Of a DNA stretch of 64,000 bases, positions 37,801-48,100 are shown piece by piece. The stretch is from Spirochaetia bacterium (lineage in GTDB: Bacteria > Spirochaetota > Spirochaetia > DSM-27196 > Salinispiraceae): contig JBBRCZ010000003.1 in NCBI GenBank assembly GCA_038204425.1, positions 128,001 through 192,000 of the forward strand, given 5' to 3'. The translations under genes and the position numbers were made by a program. Under the pieces are notes generated by a model. The model was not told where the DNA came from. It made no database searches and was given only the letters and a program-made list of their open reading frames with translations. The number at the start of each line of letters is the position of its first letter. The first letter of the stretch is position 1.

Positions 37801-39195
37801 ATGTCCAAGGCAATAGCAAAATCTTTAGGCGAATTTATTGACCAAGCAAGCTGTCCACAACAGGTAGTGCAGGCTCTAATTGATCTAGGTCGACAAAGTG
37901 GTGCATTGGACCTGTCGCTGGATCAAGCTTGGCGTCTTAAGCCTGGCACTAGCTATATAGTGCCAATTTATGCTCGTTCTGCTTTGTACTTTAGCTTGCC
38001 AACCCTGCAGGATGCCTCGTTGCCTCTGTCATTTGCATGTGCTGCGGCCCATACCGACAGTCCTTGCTTTAGGCTCAAAACCAATGCCACTATCTACGAC
38101 CAAGGCTTACTAATTACGGGGACAGAACCCTACGGCGGTGTCATAGTGGGCTCTTGGTTGGATAGGCCACTCAAAGTTGCTGGAACTGTCGTCTGGCGTG
38201 ACCCGATTAGCAAGGCTCTCAAGGAAAGCTTGCTTGAGTTTCCTGATCTTATCTTGAGTATTCCGCAGCTGGCAATTCACTTTAATAGAGAAGTAAACAA
38301 GGGTTTTGAGTTTAACCCACAGACGCAGTTGCGGGCTTTTTGTCCTGTTGTGGATACCAATGGCCCTGCCAAGGCTTGGGAACGGATAGCGGCGGCCAGA
38401 CTCTTTGACTCTGGCTTGAGTGCGAGCATTCCTTCGACTGATGACATCTTGGCATTGGATCTTTTTCTGGCTGACCGACAGGGAGCATTGCTAGTAGATC
38501 ACGACGGACAGCACCTCAGTGCGCCGCGGCTCGACAACTTGGCTGGGTGTCATGCTCTGTCGCAAGCTTTTTGGGCCACTAAGAACGCCAAGCATATCAA
38601 CGTAGCATTTTTTTTTGACCACGAGGAAATTGGAAGCCAATCTCTTGCAGGGGCGGACTCCGTGTTAGCCTTGCGTCTACTCAGGCGACTATTTCGTTGT
38701 CTACTTGCTCACTATGTGGATGAAGATCAGCGGTTATGGGAAGAGCATTTTGATCAAGCCCTAGCACGCTCGCTCTTGATAAGTGTCGACGCTGCTCACG
38801 CCCAGCATCCAAATTTCCCCGATAAACATGATGCGGCCTATGCACCAAAGTTAAACCAAGGATTGGTTCTCAAGCATAACGTTGCCCACAAGTATGCAAC
38901 TCAAGTCAGCTTAGCCGCTTGGATGCGCGATTTTTGCTCTAAACACGCGATAGATCTGCAAGACTACACTAATCGTGCCGATATGGGATGTGGTTCTACA
39001 CTGGGACCTTTGTTGAGTTCTCAGTTGGGCATGCCGGCTTTAGATTGTGGCATTCCACTTTTGGCCATGCACGCCAGCCGGGAATGGGCTGGCAGTCGTG
39101 ATCAAGAACACTGTATAAGATTTTTGAAAGCGTTCTATAAGGAGGGCACAAATGAAAAGAAACAAACTTTGCACCAATCGAACAGGCCTAGTTAG
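37801..39195 (+). CDS. M18-family (aspartyl) aminopeptidase
   Basis: AHTDSP, YGG..SWLDRPL, RLDNL, DHEEIGS, SVDAAHA.HPN, GSTLGP, LAMHASRE. Confidence 0.92.
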   Translation: MSKAIAKSLGEFIDQASCPQQVVQALIDLGRQSGALDLSLDQAWRLKPGTSYIVPIYARSALYFSLPTLQDASLPLSFACAAAHTDSPCFRLKTNATIYDQGLLITGTEPYGGVIVGSWLDRPLKVAGTVVWRDPISKALKESLLEFPDLILSIPQLAIHFNREVNKGFEFNPQTQLRAFCPVVDTNGPAKAWERIAAARLFDSGLSASIPSTDDILALDLFLADRQGALLVDHDGQHLSAPRLDNLAGCHALSQAFWATKNAKHINVAFFFDHEEIGSQSLAGADSVLALRLLRRLFRCLLAHYVDEDQRLWEEHFDQALARSLLISVDAAHAQHPNFPDKHDAAYAPKLNQGLVLKHNVAHKYATQVSLAAWMRDFCSKHAIDLQDYTNRADMGCGSTLGPLLSSQLGMPALDCGIPLLAMHASREWAGSRDQEHCIRFLKAFYKEGTNEKKQTLHQSNRPS

Positions 39196-39700
39196 CCTAG
39201 TGGGTCGTTTTGGCCTTATAGTTGGCCTGTTTTCTTTGACGAGTCTCCTAGTGGCACAAGAAAGCACCGCTACTAGCACAACTACTCTGCAGTATATGCA
39301 AACTAGTACTACAAGTACGCTTGCTACTCAAGTTGCTGGGTTTAACATGTCGCCGAGCGCAGGATTGATAGGTGCTTGGCGCGCAGAAAAAGCAATTTTG
39401 GAACTGTTTGGCAACCTCAAAGAACTCAACGGAACAGAGCCATTGTATTTCTCAAGCATTAGGTTTGACAGTGCAACTGCAGGAGCATTTGTGATTCCAG
39501 GAAAAATTGGCGAACAGACTTTTGAATTTGACATTAGAGATGGTCAACTCACCATCGCTTACGGTTCACGTCTCAGACCACAGATTGACCTTTTTCGATT
39601 CTTGCCGCTTAGTGACGGCAGTCTCTATCTTCGTTCGACTCGTTTATCTGGCGCCTCCGGGGGAGTTACTTACATTCTACGGCGAACAAACACTCAATAA
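39152..39700 (+). CDS. Hypothetical exported protein (lipocalin-like LIGAW motif)
   Basis: Signal-like hydrophobic stretch, Thr/Ser-rich linker, beta-rich C-terminus; AAGGAGG SD. Confidence 0.65.
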   Translation: MKRNKLCTNRTGLVSLVGRFGLIVGLFSLTSLLVAQESTATSTTTLQYMQTSTTSTLATQVAGFNMSPSAGLIGAWRAEKAILELFGNLKELNGTEPLYFSSIRFDSATAGAFVIPGKIGEQTFEFDIRDGQLTIAYGSRLRPQIDLFRFLPLSDGSLYLRSTRLSGASGGVTYILRRTNTQ

Positions 39701-39937
39701 ATGTCAAACAAAAAATTATATATTGGCAATCTCAGCTATGTAGTACAAGGCGAAGATCTTCGTAAACTTTTTCAGAGTTACGGAGAAATAAACGATATCC
39801 AAGTAATCGAAGGCAAGGGTTACGGGTTTGTTGAGTTTGCCCTAGTAGATCAAGCCCGTGCGGCAAAGAAAGCCCTTGATGGTGCAATTTTTAAAAGCCG
39901 TGTCTTGCGGATAGATTTTTCCCAAGAACAAGCTTGA
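39701..39937 (+). CDS. Single-RRM RNA-binding protein
   Basis: RNP2 LYIGNL and RNP1 KGYGFVEF. Confidence 0.9.
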   Translation: MSNKKLYIGNLSYVVQGEDLRKLFQSYGEINDIQVIEGKGYGFVEFALVDQARAAKKALDGAIFKSRVLRIDFSQEQA

Positions 39938-40039
39938 TTGCTTTGCCGACAAGTTGCTAAGATACTAAGCGATTACCGCCTTGACCTGTCTACTCGGAAG
40001 GGATAGCTTTAAACGGAAAAGTGCGCTTAGGGAGCTGCT

Positions 40040-42850
40040 GTGTTTCTCAAAAATCTAGAAATACTTGGATTCAAATCTTTTGCTGATAGGACACGTATCG
40101 AATTTGCCGATGGCATTTCTGCCTTGCTTGGACCCAACGGTTGTGGCAAGTCAAATGTTGTCGACGCTATAAAATGGGTTTTGGGCGAACAAGCCTCCAA
40201 GTCCCTGCGTGCCGAAGCGATGGAAGATGTGATCTTTAACGGCACCGAGACCCGCAAGGCACTCAACGTGGCCGAAGTAACCTTAACCCTAGGTAATGAA
40301 GATGGCATCTTGCCGCTGGACATGAGCGAAATAACCATACGACGAAGACTTTTTCGCAATGGTGATAGCGAATATTACATCAACAACGCTCCAGTTAAGC
40401 TGCGAGAACTGCGTGAGTTATTCTATGACACCGGAGTTGGTAAGACCGCCTATTCGATTATGGAACAGGGCAAGATCGATCAGATTCTATCCAACAGGCC
40501 CGAAGAACGCCGTAATCTTTTTGAAGAAGCGGCGGGTATTACGCGCTTTAAGGTGCGCGGCCTTGAGGCAGAGCGCAAACTTGAGAAAACCGACGAAAAT
40601 ATTCGCCAGATCGAAAGTATCCTCAGTGAAGTTAAACGTAGCTATGACAGTCTTAAAAAACAGGCAGACAAGACTCACAGCTATCGTGGTCTCAAGGACC
40701 AAGCTTTTGAACTTGACCTCAACATTCAACTGCTCAAATTAAAAGAAACCAAAGAGTCAAGCCAAAAGCAAAGCAAAGAACTAGAAAACCATCAGCGCGA
40801 ACGAGATGAGCTCAAAAAAAACATCGACAACACTAATGAGACTTTAGAATCTAGCCTCGACGAAATGAATGCAATGGAAGCTCAGTTAATTGGCAATCAG
40901 AAAAAGCTCTATGGCATTGAACTAGAAAAGAACAATCACGACAACCAAATAAAGATGCTGGCCGAGCGAATTCGTGAAATTGAAGAAAAAATTGTCCAAG
41001 ATGTGCAAAGGAGTCGTGCAGCCCAAGAAAAAGCCTTGGCGGTGCAAAATCAGTTAGCACAGCATGGAAAAAGTATCAGCGAACTTGGTGAGCAACTAAA
41101 GAAGACTGATGAACATATCCAACAGTTTGCTTCTAATGTCGAAGCTGCACAGTCAAGGATCAAAACCAATAGTGACGAAAGCACGGCCTTGGAGGAGTCA
41201 ATTAAAGCCAACGACCTGCGGATGAGTTCAATTCAGGCCGACTTAACGGCCTTGACCGATCGCATCGTTAGTCAGTTGGATAGGGGCCTTGGTGATAGCG
41301 ACTATGACGCCGGTTCTCGGCAAGAAATAGAAAACAAAGTTTTTGCTCTGCTTGACTCACTCACCATCAATCTGACTGGAAGGCGCGATATTCTTGCTGA
41401 CCTTCAGAAAATTGACTCGGAAGATTCGTTGCGGCAAGGAATTGCCAAGGTCTGTGAGGGTTTTCCCGAAACGCTAAAACTGTTAGATGAACTTAGATTG
41501 GGCATGCAAGATTTTAGTACCTCAATGCCACTTTTTCTTGATGAATTTCTTGCACCGGAGGGCACCATCACCAAAAAGCGCGATTTGGACTCGCTTTTGG
41601 AAAAAACCCATCAAGAAATTATAGCTGCACGAAAAAAAATATCCGATCTTGGGCGTGAAAACACCGGTTTGAGCCTAAAAATTGGTGAGTATCGCGATAC
41701 GCTTGAACAATTGAGACTTGGAAAAGAACGAAGTATCGGTCAAAAAAAATCACTTGAAGAGCAGGTTAAGCGCGACCAAGCGAGCTTGGCTGAGCTACGG
41801 AGCCAGATTGGTGAACTTGAGGCCCAAAGCGCTGAGGATCGCGGCAGGATTAATGGGATTAAGGAAAAAATAGAAGAAGTTAAGCAGCACTTGTCTGACT
41901 TAAGTGTCAAAGAAAAAGAACTGCAAAAGCAACTTGATGAGTTAGAAAAGGGCATTTCAACGCGCTCAAAGACTCTTCTAAATAAAGAAAAACAGCTCAA
42001 ATCTCAGATGCTGTCGTTGGCTGCATTTCAGGATAAGGTAGAGAAGTCCCAGATCACGGGAGCCGAACTTGCTTCAGAAATTAGGAATATTTGTGCCAAT
42101 TTTCGTGAAAAATACTCACGTGACCTGCTTGAGTTTGAATCGCGACAACTTGAGCAGCTAGCTGAGGCTCGCGAGCTTCGTGAGCAGGCTTCAGATATTA
42201 AAGAACAACTTAGGGCACTCGGCAGCGTTAACTTGATGGCCGTCGAAGAGTTTGCCGAAGTCAAAGAACGTTACGACTTCCTAAGTGGTCAGCTTGAGGA
42301 CTTAAGAAAAGCTAAGGACGATCTGGTCAAGGTTACCGATGAGATCCGCCAAGAGAGCGCTCATTTGTTCTCAGAAACCTACGAAAAAATTAGACGGCAT
42401 TTTCATGTCTTGTTTAGGCGACTTTTTGGCGGTGGGCGAGCCGAGATCAAACTGACCAGTCCAGAAGCAGTTTTACAGTCGGGCATAGAAATCTACGCCC
42501 AGCCACCAGGAAAGAAGCTGGAAAACATAGCCCTTCTGTCGGGTGGTGAACGTTCGTTGACGGCCGTTGCGCTCTTGTTTGCAACCTACATCGTTAAACC
42601 TTCGCCCTTTTGTTTGCTCGACGAGATAGATGCGGCGTTGGACGAAAGTAACGTCAATCGCTTTGTTTCGATGCTGATGGAATTTGGTGAAACAAGCCAG
42701 TTTATCATTATCACGCATAACAAAAAGACCGTTACTGGCGCCAAGACACTACTCGGGGTTACTATGGAAGAGTCGGGGGTGTCAAAAATTATCGCAATTC
42801 GATTGTCACATGACGCATCGAGTAGAGAGATAGTTGAAAACAATGGCTAA
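40040..42850 (+). CDS. smc: Chromosome segregation protein Smc (short spirochete/P115 type)
   Basis: GFKSFA, GPNGCGKSN, LSGGE, LLDEIDAALD, IITH; long coiled coils; promoter-like TTGACC-N17-TAGCTT at 39981. Confidence 0.93.
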   Translation: MFLKNLEILGFKSFADRTRIEFADGISALLGPNGCGKSNVVDAIKWVLGEQASKSLRAEAMEDVIFNGTETRKALNVAEVTLTLGNEDGILPLDMSEITIRRRLFRNGDSEYYINNAPVKLRELRELFYDTGVGKTAYSIMEQGKIDQILSNRPEERRNLFEEAAGITRFKVRGLEAERKLEKTDENIRQIESILSEVKRSYDSLKKQADKTHSYRGLKDQAFELDLNIQLLKLKETKESSQKQSKELENHQRERDELKKNIDNTNETLESSLDEMNAMEAQLIGNQKKLYGIELEKNNHDNQIKMLAERIREIEEKIVQDVQRSRAAQEKALAVQNQLAQHGKSISELGEQLKKTDEHIQQFASNVEAAQSRIKTNSDESTALEESIKANDLRMSSIQADLTALTDRIVSQLDRGLGDSDYDAGSRQEIENKVFALLDSLTINLTGRRDILADLQKIDSEDSLRQGIAKVCEGFPETLKLLDELRLGMQDFSTSMPLFLDEFLAPEGTITKKRDLDSLLEKTHQEIIAARKKISDLGRENTGLSLKIGEYRDTLEQLRLGKERSIGQKKSLEEQVKRDQASLAELRSQIGELEAQSAEDRGRINGIKEKIEEVKQHLSDLSVKEKELQKQLDELEKGISTRSKTLLNKEKQLKSQMLSLAAFQDKVEKSQITGAELASEIRNICANFREKYSRDLLEFESRQLEQLAEARELREQASDIKEQLRALGSVNLMAVEEFAEVKERYDFLSGQLEDLRKAKDDLVKVTDEIRQESAHLFSETYEKIRRHFHVLFRRLFGGGRAEIKLTSPEAVLQSGIEIYAQPPGKKLENIALLSGGERSLTAVALLFATYIVKPSPFCLLDEIDAALDESNVNRFVSMLMEFGETSQFIIITHNKKTVTGAKTLLGVTMEESGVSKIIAIRLSHDASSREIVENNG

Positions 42851-43355
42851 AATAAATTTGAGCTTCCTGACGGTGATTGTTGACGCATTGAGGTCGTTTG
42901 CCGAAAATCTAAGCGATAAGCTGTCGTTAGCAAAAGAATCGCTAGGTCCAAAACTCAAATTAGCACTTTTGGCGGCTTTAATTTTGACTATGGTGCTACT
43001 AATTTTGCTTGTACTTTTGTCAATGCCAAGTGCTCCTGTCGCTGCAAAAAGCTCGACTACACTTGAAATTGCTCAGCAGGCAAGCATCTACGGCACAGAT
43101 TTTTCTTTGGGACCTAGCACCCAAACCACCGTCGCTGCACAAGGAATCGACCCTTTTTTAAAGAAGCCTATTTTGCCGCCTGAGCCTCGGCTTTACCTTG
43201 GGGGCGAGATAGAACTGAGCCGACCGCCACAATCATATTGGTCAATTGAAGACCTTGAGCCTTTTTGGCCAAGCTTAAAACAAGACTTGCAACGGGTTTT
43301 AAGAGAACAAAATCAAAAGGATTTTTTGCGTTTGCTTAAGCACGGTAGTAATTAG
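42843..43355 (+). CDS. Hypothetical single-TM protein
   Basis: One TM helix then an S/T- and P-rich region; overlaps the smc stop. Confidence 0.65.
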   Translation: MAKINLSFLTVIVDALRSFAENLSDKLSLAKESLGPKLKLALLAALILTMVLLILLVLLSMPSAPVAAKSSTTLEIAQQASIYGTDFSLGPSTQTTVAAQGIDPFLKKPILPPEPRLYLGGEIELSRPPQSYWSIEDLEPFWPSLKQDLQRVLREQNQKDFLRLLKHGSN

Positions 43356-43372
43356 ACCACTGCCATAATTAG

Positions 43373-43400
43373 TCAACTCAGCAGATATTCTTTCCGATAG
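43373..43400 (+). promoter_or_regulatory. sigma28 (FliA)-like promoter
   Basis: TCAA-N16-TCCGATAG, same architecture as the flaB promoter in this window. Confidence 0.6.
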
Positions 43401-43412
43401 TATAAAAGTTCC

Positions 43413-43421
43413 GGGGGGGGG
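43413..43421 (+). repeat. G9 homopolymer at the ribosome-binding site
   Basis: ccGGGGGGGGGtactATG. Confidence 0.9.
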
Positions 43422-43425
43422 TACT

Positions 43426-44976
43426 ATGCAACTGAAGACTCGTTTGATAGCAATCAACAAAAAGCTGCTCGTTTTGGGGATACTATTGTCTTATTTGGGC
43501 AGTATATCGGCCCAAGAATTACAAGGGCCAGAATCGGATGCTTTGCTTGCTCCAAAGATTGAGTACTCTGATAAGTTGCTACCTGCAATTGAGCTGATAA
43601 TTCCGAGGCTTAAACTCAAATCCGCAAGCCGAAGTCCACTAGTAAACCTAAGTCCCAATCAGGCGAATGACGCCCGGACATTGGCAACAATCAATAAAGA
43701 TGCGCAAAAATTGATTCACGCTTCGGCGATTGCAGTTGCGTCGACCAATCTGGGATTGGAAGTCGTCGCCCTGTCGGCTCAGAACGCTAACCAACTTGTC
43801 AGCAAGCAGCTAGAACTTGCGCCAATCAAGCAGCTTATTGTTCCCGTTGATAGCGAAGTTGTGGTTCAAGCTCTTGTGCGACCAAAAACTACTACAACTA
43901 CCATTGCTAGGCCTGCCTTGACGGTTGCGCGCTTATCGAGTACTAGCACTACTGTCAGGCCGGTAGCGCGAGCTGCTTCTACGAGCACAACTACGGTCCT
44001 TCGGAGCGCTTACGTTAAGGATCCGGTTCCAAGTCCAGCTGCCATTAGGGCCAAAGCGCTGGAGGCCATCAATTATGCCCAGGCCCAGAGTTCTACGCTG
44101 GTTGATGCGCCTTTGGTCCAACAAATCCAGTCTCCGACCACGTCATTACCAAGTCTTAGTCAAACAGTGTTTGGGCAGCTCGGGATCCCCGTAGAAATTG
44201 GTCTCAAGGGACGCGGATGGCTCTATCTTGGCTCGGTTGGACAGCCAAACGCCGTGGCGTTCTTGGAAAAAACAGCAGGTTTTGACGCTGAAAAGTTTAG
44301 ATTCAGAAATGAAAAAACCGGTATGGTAAGCCTGCAGTTCCAGCGACAGGACCTGCAAAGCGGTTTGACCGAGAAGGCAGTTGTGGTACTCACTATCAGT
44401 CCTCGTAGCAACTCAGCTGTTCTCCCAATCAATAGTAGCATTCAAAATCCAACAACTGGAATGCAACAGCAACAAAACTCTCCTGCCACAAGCGCTACCG
44501 GAAGTTTTGAACCAGAGTATCCCTTGGTTTCAGCAGCTGCTGGCAATTCTCAAAATCGAGCTGGTTCAAACTGGAATCAAACAGGGCCGCGCAGTGAGCT
44601 AGGCGCCAACAGCCCAGAAACAAGTGCGGCCCAAGCAAATTTGAGTGTAGAAAGTACCAGTGCCTTAGACGCTATGAAGGTTACTGGTGATGCTGAAAGT
44701 ATGTTTTCTATGGCAGCGTCGTGGGAAAAAGGTAAAAATGCAGTCCCCGCACGAGATCTGTACAAAAGAATCCTCAAAGAACAAACAGCCTATGAAAAAA
44801 CGGACCAAGTAATGTTTGCTTTAGCAAAACTACTAGAAAATGATGCGGTCGTGCGGGATTTACAAGCTTCGCGTGACCTTTACGTGCAGCTACAAAATTT
44901 GTACCCTTACAGTAGCTTAGTAGAGCCAGCGCGGGAGCGGATGCGCTACTTGCAGCGTACCTTCTTTAGGCAGTAA
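43426..44976 (+). CDS. Exported protein with Thr/Ser-rich linkers and C-terminal TPR (BamD/CpoB-like)
   Basis: Signal peptide; GWLYLG beta domain; C-terminal FALAKLLE..SRDLY..L...YPYS. Confidence 0.7.
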   Translation: MQLKTRLIAINKKLLVLGILLSYLGSISAQELQGPESDALLAPKIEYSDKLLPAIELIIPRLKLKSASRSPLVNLSPNQANDARTLATINKDAQKLIHASAIAVASTNLGLEVVALSAQNANQLVSKQLELAPIKQLIVPVDSEVVVQALVRPKTTTTTIARPALTVARLSSTSTTVRPVARAASTSTTTVLRSAYVKDPVPSPAAIRAKALEAINYAQAQSSTLVDAPLVQQIQSPTTSLPSLSQTVFGQLGIPVEIGLKGRGWLYLGSVGQPNAVAFLEKTAGFDAEKFRFRNEKTGMVSLQFQRQDLQSGLTEKAVVVLTISPRSNSAVLPINSSIQNPTTGMQQQQNSPATSATGSFEPEYPLVSAAAGNSQNRAGSNWNQTGPRSELGANSPETSAAQANLSVESTSALDAMKVTGDAESMFSMAASWEKGKNAVPARDLYKRILKEQTAYEKTDQVMFALAKLLENDAVVRDLQASRDLYVQLQNLYPYSSLVEPARERMRYLQRTFFRQ

Positions 44977-45045
44977 GACAAAGCAATTTCGCAAATATAT
45001 GGGTGCTATAGCTCCAAAGACTTCCAACTCAGCCAACAAGTCAAA

Positions 45046-45074
45046 TTGACATCATCCATAGCTGGCGATAGAAT
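45046..45074 (+). promoter_or_regulatory. sigma70-type promoter of the E1-lipoyl-FabH fusion gene/ffh
   Basis: TTGACA-N17-TAGAAT; GAGGAG SD before GTG 45123. Confidence 0.75.
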
Positions 45075-45122
45075 GCCAGCAGATAAAATTGGATTTGTTG
45101 TTTTGGCCTCGAGGAGTTTATA

Positions 45123-48100
45123 GTGAGTAAGAATGCCCTCCAGCTTGAGTTGTTTCTATCAGTGTTTCGCAACATGGTGGCGTCACGAGAGATAGACATA
45201 CTGGAACAGGACTATACCCAGCGCGGTGAAGCGTTTTTTCATGTTTCTGGCACTGGTCATGAGAACATTGCCTTCCTCAATACACATTTGATTCCAGCTG
45301 ACTATCTCCATTGTCATTATCGTGACAAATCCTTGATGTTGGCACGGGGCTTGAGTATAGAACAGTTTTTCTTAAGTCTTTTTTGTAAAGACAATAGTCA
45401 CAGTCGTGGTAGGCAAATGTCTGCTCATTTGTCGGATCCGGACCTTCACATAATGAGTTTAGTCGGACCGGTTGGAAACAATGCCCTTCAAGCGGTGGGA
45501 GCAGCTTCGGCTATAAAAAACCAAAGTCAGAACCCAATTGTACTATGTGGTCTAGGCGATGGAACATCGCAACAAGGTGAAGTGCTAGAGGCGATTGCTC
45601 ATGCAGTTCGCCAGACACTGCCTGTCTTGTTTGTGATCCAAGACAATACCTGGGCAATTTCAACCAAAACCGAAGGGCAGACTTTTTATAATACACCTGA
45701 TGGCGATGCTGAGCAGTATTACGGCATTCCTATTGTGCGTGTCGATGGCAAAGATGCGCATAGTTGTCACGACGTATTTGGCGAGGTAGTAGCGTCTATG
45801 CGCAAAACTCGTAAGCCGGCCATAATTATTTTTAAAGTTGCTCGTATTAACAGTCATACCAACGCTGACGACCACCGTATGTATCGCAGTGCCGAAGAAA
45901 TAGAGGCCACGCGAGCCAGTGGTGACCCCCTAGTCCCCCTAGAGGCATGGTTCCAGACCCAAGGTATTGCCAGCCAAGACTTAAGTGCTATCCGTCAAGA
46001 GATTAAAGAAACGGTCCGCAAGGCAGCCGAGGCAGCTCAATACAGCCCAGAACCCAAGGCCATCTACGACGCCAAAGCGGTATTACCAGCAAGTTTATTT
46101 GACTTAGCCAGAGAAAATAGAGGTGATGAGGCCCAGGGACAGGTGGTTATGCTTGAGGCCCTTAGAGTGACTCTCAAGAACCACTTGGAGTCTGATGCAG
46201 ACGTCTGTTTGTTTGGAGAAGATATTGAGGACCCCAAGGGTGATGTTTTTGGCGTCACCCGAGGCCTTAGTCAGGCTTTCCCTGATAGAGTTGTCAATTC
46301 GCCCTTGGCAGAGGCTACCATTGTGGGTGTAGCAGTAGGGCAGGCCCTTGCTGGCAAAAAACCTGTGGCTTTTTTGCAATTTGCCGATTTTTTCCCTATC
46401 GCCTTCAATCAGATATTTGCTGAACTGGGCTCGATGCACTGGAGAACTGACGGTGCTTGGAAATGCCCGGTAATATTAATGGTCACCTGCGGTGGCTACA
46501 AGCCGGGCTTGGGTCCATTTCATGCTTCGAGTATGGAGTCGATTGCCGTTCACACTCCAGGTGTGGACGTTTTTATGCCTTCTTCGGCGGCAGATGCGGC
46601 GGGTCTTTTAAATGCGGCCTTTGAGTCAAAACGACCCACGGTCTTCTTTTATCCCAAGAGTTGTCTCAATGATCGCAGTCAAGCGACATCCACCGATATA
46701 CACAAACGATTTGTTCCGATTGGAAAAGCACGCTTGGTGCGATCGGGTAGTGACTTTACCTTTGTTGGCTGGGGCAATACCGTGGCTTTGTGTCGTCAAG
46801 CCGCAGACGAACTAAGTAAAGTGGGGATTAACAGCGATGTAATTGACCTGAGATCGCTCTTTCCATGGGATCAAGAAACTGTTTTAAGTTCCGTAAAACG
46901 AAGTCGTCGTATGATTATTGCTCAAGAAGATAGTCATAGCGCCAGTTTGGCAAGTGAAATAAGTGCCACTATCTCTGAACTGATAGTTGGCGAAATTGTA
47001 GTCAAAAGAGTCTCGCGACCTGACACGTACGTGCCTTGTAATTTTGGCAACCAATTGGAAGTTTTGCCATCCTACCAAAAAATTCTAGAAACCGCCGTTG
47101 AGATTTTAGGTGCAAGTATTAGTTGGCAAAAAGACCAGGTTGCCGAAGACGGATACGCCTTTATTGAGGCAGCCGGATCTAGCCCTTCAGATGAGTCAGT
47201 CACCGTTATCCAATGGCGAGTAAAACCTGGTGATGTGCTCAAACCAGGCATGCCGCTAGCTGAGATGGAAGCAGATAAGGCTGCTTTTGAGCTTTCTTGC
47301 CCAATCGGCGGCACGCTGACTCAAGTCTTGGTTCCAGTGGGCATGATGGTAAAGGTTGGTACACCTTTACTGGTGGTTGCTATAGAGGGGCGTAAACCAG
47401 TAATTAAACCACTTACAAGAGAAAACCCAGGTATACCAACTATCGTTTTACCTGAAATCCAAAAATCAAAAAGCATAGTCAGTGACCACCACGAGCTACA
47501 TGAGTCTGGCCGCTACAATCGGCCCAAGTTTTCACGGGCTATGCCGGTTGCTGGTATTGCTGGGATAGTGGCAGTTCCTGGCTCTATTGCAGTATCCAAC
47601 ACACAGATAGCCTCCAAAAGTAGTGACTGGGATGCTCAGGATATTTTCAAGCGGATCGGTATCGAGAGTCGTTACTGGGTGGCTGAGAGTGAAACCACAA
47701 CCTCATTAGCTATTAAGGCAGCACAAAAATTGCTCAAGGCGCATAAACTAAAGGCGTCTGATTTGAGCGCGGTCATCTGTACAACCGGGACTCCCGATAT
47801 AATGACGCCTAGCCTTGCTTGTTTGGTGCTTGATGCTTTGTCCAAAGATCTCAAAGAGTCGCCCTTGATTCCGGCTTGGGATATTAATGCTGCATGCTCA
47901 GGCTATTTATATGGCCTTCAGGCTGCCTGGGATCACTTGTTGCACGAGCCTAGTGGCAAAGTTTTGTTGGTAAGCAGTGAGGTGCTTTCTAGAAAAACTG
48001 ACCCCGTTGACTCAAGTACCGCACCGATCTTTGGCGACGCGGCAACGGCAACGCTGATACTTGGCTGGGACAACTTTAAACAGTTTAAGTGGTTGATAGA

